Source of the DNA: Orbicella franksi
Taxonomy: Eukaryota
Assembly: GCA_964199315.1 (NCBI GenBank)
Contig: OZ116702.1
Location: 16,492,001-16,556,000, forward strand
Direction: 5' to 3'
Length of the DNA: 64,000 bases
Positions 1-12,418 of this stretch are shown one piece after another. Position numbers and translations under genes: made by a program. The number at the start of each line of letters is the position of its first letter. Position 1 is the stretch's first letter. The notes beneath the pieces were generated by a model. It was not told where the DNA came from. It was given only the letters and a program-made list of their open reading frames with translations, and made no database searches.

Positions 1-269
1 CTGTAGGGTACGAGGGAACTGTACGGAAAGGGGATCTCACGAGGGAACGCCAACTTCGTTTTCAGATCTTTTCCCTGGGAATGAGGTTGGATAGAACGCA
101 CAGACAAAAACTTCACAACAAACGATCGACACAACGTTCGGAGTTGGAAAGGTACGAAGGAACAGACCAGGGAACGCAAGAAGAACGCTTTGAACGCACA
201 CTGAAACAAACGAATTCACGAGATTACTTGTCATTTCGCGGTTGAGGGAGAACTCACACATGCAGAGAA

Positions 270-403
270 AGGTTACCCCGGAAATAAATTTGCCTGTGGT
301 TAGAAGCTCTGTGGCAGTAAGTGTCTTGCCCCAAGAATACAACACAATAACTCTGGCCAGGGGTCGAACCCAGACCACTGAATCCGGAGTCTAGGCCACG
401 GCG
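270..403 (-). mobile_element. SINE fragment of the same type
   Basis: Minus strand: GGTTCGACCCCTGGCC...GTATTCTTGGGGCAAGACACTTAC. Confidence 0.65.
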
Positions 404-1327
404 ATAAAAAAGTACGTAAAATTAAGCGCACAGGACAAGGAGAGAATGTAGGAGAAAGCGCTCGGAACACACAGGGGAAAGCATGTGGGTTGAATTGGAG
501 AATCAACCGCATCAAAAGGCGGAAAAATGGAACACCTTTTGGTGGTTATTGAATAGTTATGAGCTTTTAAAGAGATTGTGGAAATACTATTCCCGAAGAA
601 TATTCTTTTCACTCGGTTTCCTAATCACAAGCACTAATCTTGCCGTCTTGCCTACAATCACTTTGCTTAGTTCTAACTGAGATTTCTTCCGTCTGTCTGA
701 AGAACTGCAAAAGTGCTTCCTTTCAACGTTTTTTTTTTAACTTGCGGCGTCTAACATTCTTTCTTCAACGTACTTCTTACAAAAATACTGGTCAAGCGAC
801 CACCAGGATGAAAAGTGAGTACTCCTTAGTGATTCAAAAAAGACTAAAAGATGTTTAAGCAGGTAACCGGAACGATGATCCTGTTGGTGTACGTTGGATC
901 AATCACGTTGATCTAATCGGCTTCCCATATAAAATGAAGAATAGAAAAGCGGAAACCGACACAAAGTAGGATGATTTTTTTGAGGGTGTACTATATTTAT
1001 TTAGCTTAGTGATTCAGTTTTAGAACAATCTTCTATAAGCTTTTTGAAGGTAGCAATATACATATACAGTACCATGTAAGAAGCCTTGAAGACAATGAAG
1101 GCTTTCTTGCGACTGACTCTAAGTTGCTATCGGTGTCGTAGGTATAAAATACAACTTCACTTGCCGTGTTAACTCAAAGGAGAGGTGGAAGCAAGCCGTT
1201 CGACTATCACTACCTAGGTTTTGCTATATTGCATCCATGAAGGATTTTTGGCGTGTTTAGCTTCCACACATTTTTCTAACAAAGCAATTGAATGACACGA
1301 GCGTAAACTAAAGTTCCAACACGACAT

Positions 1328-1329
<2 letters not shown>

Positions 1330-1371
<42 letters not shown>
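1330..1371 (+). repeat. (CAT)14 microsatellite
   Basis: Direct reading. Confidence 0.98.
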
Positions 1372-1792
1372 TTCCTATCGCAATATCAACACTTATTGGA
1401 CATTTACAACAAGGAAGATGTGACTAACTCTTACCTTTACTATGGCTATTTTTAAGCAGGTGCAAACTACCTTTTACCTTAGCTACTGATTTAAGCGTTC
1501 TTTAATCTCTGTTATTTCGCTACAGTTTAATGTTATAATAAATATCTCTTATACTACAACTTCTACATAGTCTGGATCCTGAGACTCATATATCGCGTCT
1601 CATATATACAGCTATTTCCGCTGACGTTGTCGCATCAAAGCCTCAAGACTGACAGCTGGTATGGGTAGAAATAGTGACCTGCGCTGATCACGAAATGCAA
1701 ACGAGATTCCTTTGTTGTTTTGTTCTTCATATTAATGTGATAATATGGTAATTACAGCCACGCCTATTTCGCCAGGCCTAAAAGCGGAGCTC

Positions 1793-2047
1793 CTGGGCCG
1801 CTTTGTTCAAATCCCGATTAAGCTAACCCAGGATAAGCGAGAATTTTGATTTGACTTCTGTAACTTTGCGGTGAGGTTTTCTGTTTATATTTTTGGGCTT
1901 ATGTTTTGATTCTGAATAATCTCAAACTACACCAGGAGCCCTGAACCTTAAGCAGTGAAAAACACTTGTATAGAAGATCAATTTAAACTTCGGTTAACTT
2001 TTAATCCTGGGTTAGCGTTAACCCAATTCCCGAACAACCCGGCCCTG
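1793..2047. mobile_element. MITE with imperfect TIRs
   Basis: CTGGGCCGCTTTGTTCAAA...GCTAACCCAGG versus CCTGGGTTAGCG...GAACAACCCGGCCCTG. Confidence 0.55.
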
Positions 2048-2777
2048 ATTACAACAAATTAACCTGATATGAGCCCGCGATCCAATCGAAAATAAATACT
2101 TGGTCAGTGCTCAACTTTAAAAAACACATGGCCTCGATGAGCTCTAAACCTGAGCCCACGATATGGTCACGTGATACTGGTCAGCGGATACCTTGTTCTG
2201 GCAGGTGTCAATTGACTATGACATGGATGTCAAATATCAAAGACGTTGTAAACCAACACTTGGTATTAGCTGGAGAATGGCCGCCATGTTTCGCGACGTC
2301 GTCGTCGTCGTTGGGCGCACGCGCTCGCGATCCATGCATGGGATCCATGGGATCCATGCATGGGTTTCTATTTCTACATGTGGTTCTGTTCCTATAGTTA
2401 TGGTGCTCCGCTTGGCGGCCCTTCGGGCCGCCGGAGCTCCGCTATAACAATGAAACAAAGCTTCAGAAAGCTTCCTAACAGGAAAACAAATACGTTGTGT
2501 GCAAAAAATTAAACTTTTAGACTTCTCACCTGCTAAAACTGGGGATACCCTGGATTATGTTATAACTATTCTATGAGCTATAAAATAATATGAACTATAA
2601 AACTCCTAAATCAAAAACTCACCCTACAGCAAATCAAAAACGCTTGGCATAGAGCTCCTTTTAACGTCCAAAACTGAACTTGTTACTGTCACTTCACTAA
2701 CGGCTATTGCTTACTTGATTAATAAAATTTAAACAAAGGGCGGTCGTTGCTTGTCATCAGACGTACAGTGTCTGTTC

Positions 2778-2900
2778 TCAATAGTCAGAATTCTTTAACT
2801 CGAGTGTTTCCTCCATCCGCATTTTCTTTTGGGAGCAGAAGATGTCCTTAAGAGTTCTCAGGAGTCTGGACCCGAAGGCTTGACAACAGGTATGGCGTCC
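2778..2900 (-). CDS. iGluR exon 15 (cytoplasmic tail + stop; below the ORF-track threshold)
   Basis: TAG acceptor; GRHTCCQAFGSRLLRTLKDIFCSQKKMRMEETLELKNSDY-TGA; the 15 exons sum to 2784 nt = 927 aa + stop. Confidence 0.75.
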   Translation of the reverse strand, partial: GRHTCCQAFGSRLLRTLKDIFCSQKKMRMEETLELKNSDY

Positions 2901-3421
2901 CTATAAGTGAGGCAAATAGGCTTATTATCTCACTTTCTGGGGCGTACGTCACACAACGGTGACGTGGATGCTGCAAAGGAGACTAGGAAAGGGTTGCGAA
3001 AAAGTTTGCTTATATCTGTCAACACTGTATTACTGCGTTGGTGAACAGTTTTTAAATAACCTTTCTGCTCTGAGTATGAAGTCCAGAGCAAACATTTTTG
3101 TGAAAGCTTACCATCAGAATCATTATTTTCAGCTAAAAAATGCTTTCATTATTGCTTATTGCAATTTTTCCTCTTCACGACATCACTTTTTTTTTATGAA
3201 AAAGAGTAATTCCATATTACACAAAGGTTAGCTGATATCAATCACCATTCACTTGGACATTCAGTGGTTTGCTCATAGGGCACTTTGATTATACTCCTGG
3301 ATCAACACTTGGGAAGATTCAAATAGTGAATATTTGCTAAGCTTCTCTCAATGCTCGGACGTTTAACCCTCTGGATATCATTTGAGCCTCGTAAACGCCT
3401 GACAAAGCCAGTTCTACTCAC

Positions 3422-3561
3422 TTTCACTTGCTTTCTGCTATCCTTGGCTGAAGCGTAGATCCACTCGATGATCAAAATAAATAAACCAACCACGACGCTG
3501 ATGACCAACAGGATAAATACTCCCAGCATGCCTTGCAACGACATCTTTTGCACGGTATTAC
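3422..3561 (-). CDS. iGluR exon 14 (M4)
   Basis: CAG acceptor, phase 1; MSLQGMLGVFILLVISVVVGLFILIIEWIY (M4); donor AAA|GTGAGT. Confidence 0.92.
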
Positions 3562-3944
3562 CTGGTATCGAAAGACAATATCACGTGATTAATGTCGTCA
3601 TGAAAATGAGTAGCACATACAGCATTTTAAACGGAAGAACAACGGCGAGTTAGAAAAGTCTTTTACAAAGATTTCGGTTGAAGTCTCCTCTAACGAATTA
3701 AGCGTGACATATAAAGTGAATTAGGGTAGCGGTGTTAACCATGCAGCTTTGCTACATATATGGCATTCTTAACGTTTTCCTGTGAAGCAATCGAAGCTAA
3801 TTTTCTGAAGTATTTGAAAGCGAACGTGAAAACAGATTTTCAGCATAACATTAAGCTGAACACTGTAGAGTTTGTTATCTTACATTTGGGTTTTGTCGTT
3901 TTATTCTTCAGTGCGTTTGATCGATTTTGAGTAACAAAATTGTG

Positions 3945-4313
3945 GAGCGTTTTCCAATCAACAAAAAATTCCTAAAATTTCCAAATGAGGGCAAATGATA
4001 CAGAAAGACAGTGTTGACCGAAAGCGAGTATTGACCGAAATGGTAATAAACTTGATTGACTGAAAGTACTGAAAAGTTTCCAGAAAGTCGGGAAACTTTT
4101 GAATTTCCGAAAAGCAAGCCATTTAACCAAAACTACCAGAAATTCCGACAAATTTCTAATACAGCGGAAATTCCCGTTAAAAAAGTTTGGAAATTCGGGT
4201 ATGCCTGGCGAGGCTGTCCTCTTTTCCGGAACATTCCGGAAAATGCTGTTCCATTTGTCACTGGAAATTTCCAAAAATTCAAACCACAGTTTTTCGTTGA
4301 ATGGAAAGCACTC
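3945..4313. mobile_element. MITE with internal TTTCCGGAA-type repeats
   Basis: GAGCGTTTTCCAATCAAC ... GTTGAATGGAAAGCACTC inverted ends. Confidence 0.55.
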
Positions 4314-4903
4314 ATTTCGTTTACACCACAAGAAAACAATTATTCCATTCGCCCTTGTTGGATACGGAGATGATTACAAGAAACTCTGCGCCACGCGCTT
4401 CGTTTGTCATTTACCATCTCTTATATTTCAGGAAATATTTTATTCTCACGCCATTGGTCTAAACCCGTCACGTGACTGAATATGCCACAGCCAAAACTGG
4501 GGAATATCCAATTTTCAAAAGGATAAAAAAGGATAATAAAGGCAATAGACCCCATTTGCTCTGCTATGCTCTGATATTTGTCCTCGAACACTATCTGTTC
4601 CTCGAAGCTCACAGTTTCCTCGAGCTTCGCTCTCGGGAAACCGTTCACTTTCCGATAGATAATATATGCGGACAAATATTGGAGCATATTTTCCTCCCAA
4701 TGGAGGCTATTGTTTATGTATTCAACGCAGGCTTAAGCATCAATTGTAAATTAACTTCTCGACCGAATATCACTACAGCTATCCTTTGAAAACGAAGATG
4801 GCTTGTTCCGGAACTGTTTATTTCTCTGAACAACGTTTGCTTTCTAGTTATCCTTGTCTTGCAAAGAAACTCGTTTTATTTGAAAAGTGCTAACATGGCT
4901 TGC

Positions 4904-5085
4904 CTTTGTCCTGCTGTTCCTCAAAGTTGTCCATCAATTCACATTTCACTTTCTCCTCTGTCCACTTATGAGTCAGACTGCTGATTATAAAATCATTTTG
5001 AAGCCGAAACAACTCCATTTTGAACAAGGGCGTGTAGGGAGAGTCCCGAGCAAAAGCAAAGCCATACCCATAGGTGTTTCCAAAT
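4904..5085 (-). CDS. iGluR exon 13 (S2 end); donor is either GC at 4903 or GT at 4894 (then the exon ends at 4895)
   Basis: CAG acceptor, phase 2; FGNTYGYGFAFARDSPY...LFRLQ...HKWT...KC (second Cys of the conserved S2 disulfide). Confidence 0.9.
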
Positions 5086-5215
5086 CTGCAAACAAGAAGT
5101 GCATTTACTTTTAGGAATAAGGACGGGATTTTGTCAAAGAATTTACGGTATTTAACAATAACAAAGTTTTTCTCGGCTAACCCTCTTGCCGTGGCACGAT
5201 TCACATGTCTTTTAA

Positions 5216-6158
5216 AGGTCAAATGAACCAAAATTTAGACATCTTTTCTTCAACCATTTTATAGCGACGAAATGTTAAAAAAAAACTGTAAAAGGAAACT
5301 TATGGGGAAATTTTTCTTTCTGAGCCGTGAAAAGGAGTAAAAAAGTTAAAAGTACGAAGACAGCCGATGGCTTCACGAAAACGTTTCCAAAATGACCGTA
5401 CACTTTAACGGAAGGAATGGAACTGAGACTCTGCTTTGTGACGTCATTGTTGTCTTGAACATTGCTGTGTTTCTGCGTCAGTGAGTCTTTCGTGGGAAAG
5501 GTTTTGGATCTAAATACGAACCTTATTTTACTTGGGAAATGGCCGAGGAGTTCGCCCGCTGTTTGGCGGGCATTATTCGCTTGTTTTTCGTTGTTTTTTG
5601 TCCAGTTGCCGGCTTGCAACGTTCCATAATGAAGTTAAAAATCGTCGGTTCCGCGTCTTTCTTAACTACAAATTGACGAAGCTTGAAAGAGGTCCCGACA
5701 AACTCCTTACTTCAAGATTTTGTTCAAAGCTATCTTCGGTAAAGTGTTTTACACAAACGCGCGAATGCTTCGAGGGCATGAAGCATTTTCTTTTCATTTT
5801 ATAAGCCATTCTCTCTTAAGTTTTGGGTCCTGGGGAAACTTGAAAGTGCTAACTTTTAATTTTGAGTGGTTTTCCTCTGACGTTCACTGTGAAGTTGAAA
5901 GCAAAACAGTTTTAAATTTCCTGCATTTCTTGAGCTCACCAACAGAGACGTCACAACTTTTATTTCCGACAATTACCCCACAATTTTCCCGACCGCTTTA
6001 CGATTATGAAGGATAAAAAAAACAGTGATTTTAACATTCCAGTATCTCCGCAATGCTTCGTCCAATTCGTTTGAAACTTCAGAATATGTTTATTTTATAC
6101 TTACTGAACACATTGAACTCAAATGAAAAAAATGTCTAAATTTTGGTTCATTTGACCT
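5216..6158. mobile_element. Kolobok-like non-autonomous DNA transposon
   Basis: TIR AGGTCAAATGAACCAAAATTTAGACAT at both ends; TTAA on the left, TTTA on the right; AG...CT termini. Confidence 0.7.
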
Positions 6159-7383
6159 TTTAGGTGAAGACAATCTTTAGGCAAGACGACTTTCATTCCG
6201 AAATGACAATTTCCTTTGTCTTAATTTAAGACTAAGAAAATCTTGCTTAATATAAAAGGAAAGTGGCTCTTAATTTAAGATAGAGAACATGTTTCAAAGC
6301 AAGACGTTTTCATCCTATGTAAGACGCTTTAATCTAAGTTTAAGAAAGAATATATTATTTTAAGATATTTTCTTTATCATGCCATAAATTTATGATGTTT
6401 GAAAAATCTTTAAGAGAGTAGGACCTTAATTAAGATGTACAGCATCTTACAATTCATTTGACTTGAACAAGGAATTTAAGTTTCAGTTACATCTTCCGGT
6501 TAACCTTTTTCGTTTGTCACATTTTTGAGTTATTGAGTTAAAATACCTCTTAGTCAACGGGTCTTGGGTATGTTATGAGCGGGTCAATGAATGAGTGAGT
6601 GAGTAAGAGATGTATGTATGTCACACCAATCATATTGGGGCTGCTATAAACAACCAATCAAATTGCCGCTTGTAAAGGTGAATCATGTTTGTGAAGATTT
6701 CATCCTAATTTTAGAACGGCCATCTTTGTTTTTCAATAAACAGAAACAGGCATTCTTTTATTGGCCTTATTCCGACCTTTCCGATGCTGCGTTTACTGTG
6801 GTTAAGCCCAGGACTTTGTAGATGGGTTTCAAAACATTTCAAAATTCGATGATCAACCGAGGAATTATTGTCTTTGGTATACACAAACATGTCATCAAGG
6901 CTCTGCTTTTCGCATTACTTGACATTTCGAACGAAATGACCGCTCGACAACTCGGTGATTTCTAGGACAGGAACGATTCTTTTTAGTGCAAAATATACTT
7001 TTGCGATGGTGAGGGGGCTTTCATCCGTGATGGTATTCGCCAGGTCAGTTCTCATGGATATCATTTGCATTACGTGCAGTTCACGAAAAAAGAATTCAGT
7101 CGAAACTATTTATGTTGGCGCAAAATTTTCAGTTTGTGAATGGAAGTCTAGCGCTGTTTACGGAGTAATACTGGCTTCTCGTCAAAACGTTTCTTGGAAT
7201 CAATACTGAGATACTCATCTCCGTCAAAAACAAAGAAATTACCGACGGCTAGTTATGAATGGGAACACTGCTGGAGTTTTGAAGTTTGTTTTTGTCGCAG
7301 GTAAATGTAACGAGTTATTTTTATTTGTTAGTTTCAAATGGTAACTTGACACTTCTGTTTGCGGCATGTCCAGACTTAATATT

Positions 7384-7575
7384 TAAGAAATGGTATGCGT
7401 GCAGCGTGCAACTATCGAGTTATATATGCACGCGGGAGGTTGTTAAGCACGAAAGAAGCGTAAGAGTCGCACGAGGCGATAGCCTGGTGCGACTCTAGCT
7501 TCTTGAGTACTTAGCAAAACCTCCCAAGTGCATATATAACTCGATAACTGCACACTGCAGGATTACCATTTCTTT
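7384..7575. repeat. Palindromic MITE-like hairpin
   Basis: AAGAAATGGT...GCAACTATCGAGTTATATATGCAC / GTGCATATATAACTCGATAACTGC...ACCATTTCTT. Confidence 0.65.
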
Positions 7576-9700
7576 TATAAATTGAGACTTTTGAGATATA
7601 TTGAATATCGTCCGGCTAACATGAAGTCAAAAGCGCGATACACCGCGCGAAAATGTTCATTCAAAAATATGACAAAGTGACACATCAAAATTTTTCTTGG
7701 ATCACAGCGAGTTTATAGTTTGCATTTTCTTGATCTGGGGCAAACAAAAAACTTCAAGCTGCTCGTTAACCTAAATATCAAGCTGACAACAAACGAAAAT
7801 TGCATTCGGTAAATGTTTTCCCAACAGTTAGTCAAGCTTAAATCTGGATCAGTTTTCCGAAGAATTGAAAACCAACTGCTTTTGGTTGCTGAGCTCTCTG
7901 TCCTTCACGGCCTTTTCGGCAAAAGAAAAGAACAATATGGAACCAGATATTTCTTAAAAGCGAGAGTGGAGAAGAAAGCGAACAAAGACCCTTGGCTTTG
8001 AGCTGTTTGAGATGCTCTCATTCAATAGCAGGTTTGTGGTTTCGTTTTCCTTACCATTTCGTTTTAAATTGAAGAGTTGCGCGTCTAAGGCTGAACTTGA
8101 ACACATGAATGGCTTTCTTTCTTTCGTTGTTTGGTAAAATAAGCTTAAATGAAGAGAAGACTGAGTCTTAAAGGAAATTGTCAGAATTGTAAGCTTATAT
8201 TTGTGCACGATGCAGTCGCTCCTTCGAGCGGCTGTTTCTTCAATTTCAAGAGTTCAATTCACGATCGAATACGTCGAGCGATCGAGCAAAACTGAAACTA
8301 GGGAAATAATTCATCATCAATATTTGATAAAACTTCTTTTATCAAAGCTCAAAAAAACTATTATCTTAAAAGGTTTTGGAACAGAAGGATTTCGTAAGCA
8401 AGACTTATAACAGAAGTTTGTTAAAGCTTGTGCTGAATTTTATTGTTGCCAAATCGCTGAAAAATTCTCTCTCAAATTCCGCTATGCATTACTAACCTCG
8501 AAAGGTTGATACAGACCAGTTGGTGCTTTTTTGGTCCGTCTCCGAGTGCCGAGTACCTTTGTTCAACCAGCTAATTCAACTCCTTCTCGCTTAAATTAGC
8601 AAATCTCTTAGAGGTGGAGACCCGTCAAAACACTTGAGCTCGAAATTTCGTAGCTCACAGGAAAAATCTTCCTCATATCCGGAAGAATGATTAAATCTTT
8701 CCATATTTTAGGAGAAAAAAAAGGAATTATGCTTTAAAAAGTGTCAACATCGATAAAAAAAATTGCCGAGAAAAAGTACAATTAAACAAACTGACGTGAG
8801 CGTGCAACAGGGCAAATGGATCGAGCGTATTAGCCAATCAGAACGCGCGCTTCGCTAAGGCTGTGTTATAAAAATATTTGGAAGTCTCTTTTTTTGGTCT
8901 CTTCAGCGGCATTTTAATATCTTGCTTTAATGGCGCTTCTCAACGGAAATTTTTAGCACAGATTTTTTAAAGTTTTCTTTTATGGAAACTCATCAAATAT
9001 TCCTAAGACTCCATGGCAGCAAGTTAAACCGCAAATTAATTAGATTAAACTTTGAGGCGACACAGTGGTTCTTTCGTTTTGAAACAGACTCCTTGCATAG
9101 TTCAACGAGTTAAACTTACGTCTTTTTAATGGGACGAGGAAACTTCCCATAGTCTACAGATTTCACGGCGTCCTGTAAAATTTATACAGTTTTTCATGTT
9201 TCTGGTTGTTTCAAGTCCTTAATTAGGTAACGCTCTTTACCTTCAATACTGTCTTCTCATTTAAATGGATTTTGAAATGGACATCAATTTGAAGTGGTTT
9301 CGTGGAATATCAAAACGAAAAAACTACTATCATTGCTGGCAACAGAATAAGACCGTGCTATTGTGTGACGATGTTATAATTTAATTGGTTCTTGTTATAA
9401 AATGAGTCAGAAACATTATGCAGAATCGACACCAATCTGCCGTTTGCTGGTATAAACAGCTCCATGTAGTTCTAATAAACAAAGCCACTTATCGACTGTG
9501 CCCGAAGTTCCAAATAAGCTATGTGCTGAGGCAGTATTGAATTTTGCGAAACGAAAGAGCTCATTTTCCAACGCTAAAAATACCATTGTATTGGAACAAT
9601 AACATGGCCGCCGTGACGTCATGTGATAGCGCTCTATAGGGAGATCCCAAACTGGGTGGCAGCCTGCTAATGAGTCTGCTTACAGGTTAGTGCTCCTTAC

Positions 9701-9871
9701 CCGCCAGTGACCTTCATTTTGCCACAGTACTTCTTTTGCCGTGAAACATAATCCAAAATGGGCCGGTCCGAGATAAAGGCAAAGTCACCCTCCATCGCTC
9801 TGTTGATGGCAGCTTCGTAACCAGGCATCCATGTCTTGTGCTGCTCCATGAATTGTCCCATTACCAGGTAA
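9701..9871 (-). CDS. iGluR exon 12 (S2)
   Basis: TAG acceptor, phase 2; YLVMGQFM...GYEAAINRAMEGDFAFISDRPILDYVSRQKKYC; donor GG|GTAAGG. Confidence 0.93.
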
Positions 9872-10464
9872 CTAAAAACCAACCAATCACAACAGCGTTT
9901 AGTAAAAGCTAACAAATTACGGGTCTTACGCCATCGATACTTGCGTCTTTTATGCACACTAGACTTCGAAAACAATATAAAAATAATTAAATCGCAGTAG
10001 ATCGTGCGTGTCAATAAATAACGAATGTCTTGTTCTTCTCGTTATTCCAACTCGTTCCTAGCTTCAACGTTTGAAATTTCTCAATAGAATCTTCAAATGA
10101 AGTTATTGGTTAATAAGCGACATCGGGCTATCTTTTTGCTTTCCGTCAAACCGAGGTAGACATACACGGTCATTTCTGTTACTGAGAAAACAACAGATGT
10201 ACAGGCCAATTCCTCTGTTATCAATTGCGAAAGGACATGGCTGTTCTCTCTGACTACATATGCTCTGACTACGTTTTGCGAATTAAGGTTAGATTTGACA
10301 CAAACTGCTCAATAGAACGAATATATCGTCATGGATGAATAATTTAATGTGCGTGGTGAGTTGTCTGTCTCATCATTATCAGAGGATGCTCATATGAAAT
10401 TCAGAAACCGTCTATTACGAGAGAAGAGGAAGGTTTACCAAGCGATTTCAAAATATTCCTTTAC

Positions 10465-10781
10465 CTTGGAACATCTGTTTCTTTAAAAAACGTCTGGAGC
10501 TGTGAATCTTTGAGTGTTCCGTACTCAATGCGAGTTTGACGCGCCAAGTCAGAAATAGTTTCAATGGGTGTTTGCATCCGGGACACAGTGAGATGAGCGG
10601 CCAGATTGGCTGTGTATGTGGCGTTGATGATCATCACAGCGAACCAGAAAACAGATACCGTCATTCTCCCGGACCATGACCTAGGATGTTCGGCGCCCTG
10701 TCGAACATACGCCTTCCACGATGACCAAACAGAGTTGCTTAAGCTCAGGGTTTCAGCTTCCTTGATGACTTCTGGTTTAAG
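10465..10781 (-). CDS. iGluR exon 11 (M2 pore loop, M3, S2 start)
   Basis: SLSNSVWSSWKAYVRQGAEHPRSWSGR...ATYTANLAAHLTVSRM...EYGTLKDS; donor AG|GTAAAG, phase 2. Confidence 0.96.
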
Positions 10782-11110
10782 CTGGAGTGAGCAAGTGAAA
10801 GCAACGTTATCCTCCGAATTACTGATTATCACAACAAAATTTGTAAATAACTAGTGACAATTTAGACCACTTCCTACATCTGTTGAAAAGCATTTTGCAT
10901 TTAGTCTGATGTAGACATGTCGTCTCACAGAAGATTTCTGCATAAAACTAATTGGCTAAACAGTAATTTTTAAGCAAAGTTGTGGTATTTGGGGTAATTT
11001 TGGATCTGCTATCACACAGACGGTTAGTATTCTTCCATCTTGAACTGGACACAAAAATACTCGCCGTATCCGTGCAGTGATAAGTCTGAAATAAATTGCA
11101 CATCATTCAC

Positions 11111-11386
11111 CTGTTTGGATGGTTTAACTTGAAGGCATCTTCCGTAATATCCCCACGGACTAAAGAGACTACAGATCCACAATAAAAACCCCATAACCAT
11201 CACCAGCACACAAATTGCTATCCACAGATTCTGGCCGAATGGTAACAAGAATCTGAAATAGTTCACTTTCACTTCCTGAACACGCATCATGAAGGCCAGT
11301 CCAAAGGTCATGTACGGCTGAGTGAAATCCAACACTGTTTGACGATCAGAGCTAATAGTCATTGGTGCAATACTCATGTCAGCTGT
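11111..11386 (-). CDS. iGluR exon 10 (S1 end + M1)
   Basis: ADMSIAPMTISSDRQTVLDFTQPYM...FLLPFGQNLWIAI (M1); canonical splice sites. Confidence 0.95.
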
Positions 11387-11728
11387 CTGCAAGAAGTAAA
11401 AAAAGGAAAATGAACCAAAAAAGGAAATATGCGTAGTTTTTAACTTGGGATCCTGGGAGTATACCGTCATGGACTAGTACCCCACAGCATTTCTTCCCTT
11501 TAGAAAGGACAAGAAACCTGGGGCAAGTCTCGTTTCGCAATCGCTTCTGAGACTGTCAATGAGGACAAAACAACTGAAAAAGATGTTATGCTGTCTCCAG
11601 TTACGGTCCCAGAAGGGGTGAGAGATGAAACAGATTACATCGTCTTCGAAAAACAGATTATCGAGATGGAGAAACACTGTGAAGTCTGAAGTTTGGTTTG
11701 TTTGTTTTTTTTTTTAATGTAAAAATAC

Positions 11729-11938
11729 CTGACTAATTATCTCTTCCACTACACCATTCCACTGTAAAGTATTTCTGTCTCTCACTCCAAATTTTCCATC
11801 AGGAACAAGATATATCCTGTAATTGAACTTCAATTTCTTCTTCATCTCCTCCAAAATATCGATGCTAAGGCCTTCAAATTCCTCAGTTGTATTCGGGGAT
11901 GAGTTACCGTCGTTTTTCAACATAACGAATGGTGGAGC
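11729..11938 (-). CDS. iGluR exon 9 (S1 ligand-binding segment)
   Basis: APPFVM...FEGLSIDILEEM...FNYRIYLVPDGKFG...WNGVVEEII; canonical splice sites, phase 0. Confidence 0.95.
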
Positions 11939-12418
11939 CTGTGAGGAGATAGGGAACGTTCAATAAATTGCATCGCTCTGTACATGTGTCTACAAAGTAG
12001 ATTCCACTCGTGTACCTGGAAATCGCCGAGGAAAGGAAACAAGAAAATTTAAAAAAAAAACAGCCTTTCCACACACTTCACACGTACGCAGACCCTCGAT
12101 ACTTCTGGTATTTGCAAAAGGAAAGGCATGGCCTGACCACGGATTAGCAGACGTGAGAAGTGGGACATATTCAGTACAAAAAAGACAAATTACAGACAAT
12201 TTACTCAACGATGCTTGTGTTAGTAGTATAAAGCAATAGCTGAATCACTTCCCTCCAGTCCACCTTTAGATCTGCTACCAGGAACTTGCAGCTCAGGATG
12301 GCTGATTATGTACCATGTGACCGGCTCGTACAGTAAGGGCACATTATTTTGCAGTACGAGATAATCTACCTCAGAAATTGTCTAGATAAAGCAATTGAGT
12401 TGTCTTCATACTTCTTAC

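Noticed and set aside
2193-2458. Overlapping ORFs around the CCATGCATGG palindrome
   Set aside because: GC-rich repeat/MITE-like sequence downstream of the receptor; the ORFs are incidental
3302-3421. Read-through C-terminus (VSRTGFVRR...LPKC*) of the M4 exon ORF
   Set aside because: A strong GTGAGT donor at 3421 and a good downstream terminal exon explain the frame; intron retention cannot be shown without RNA data
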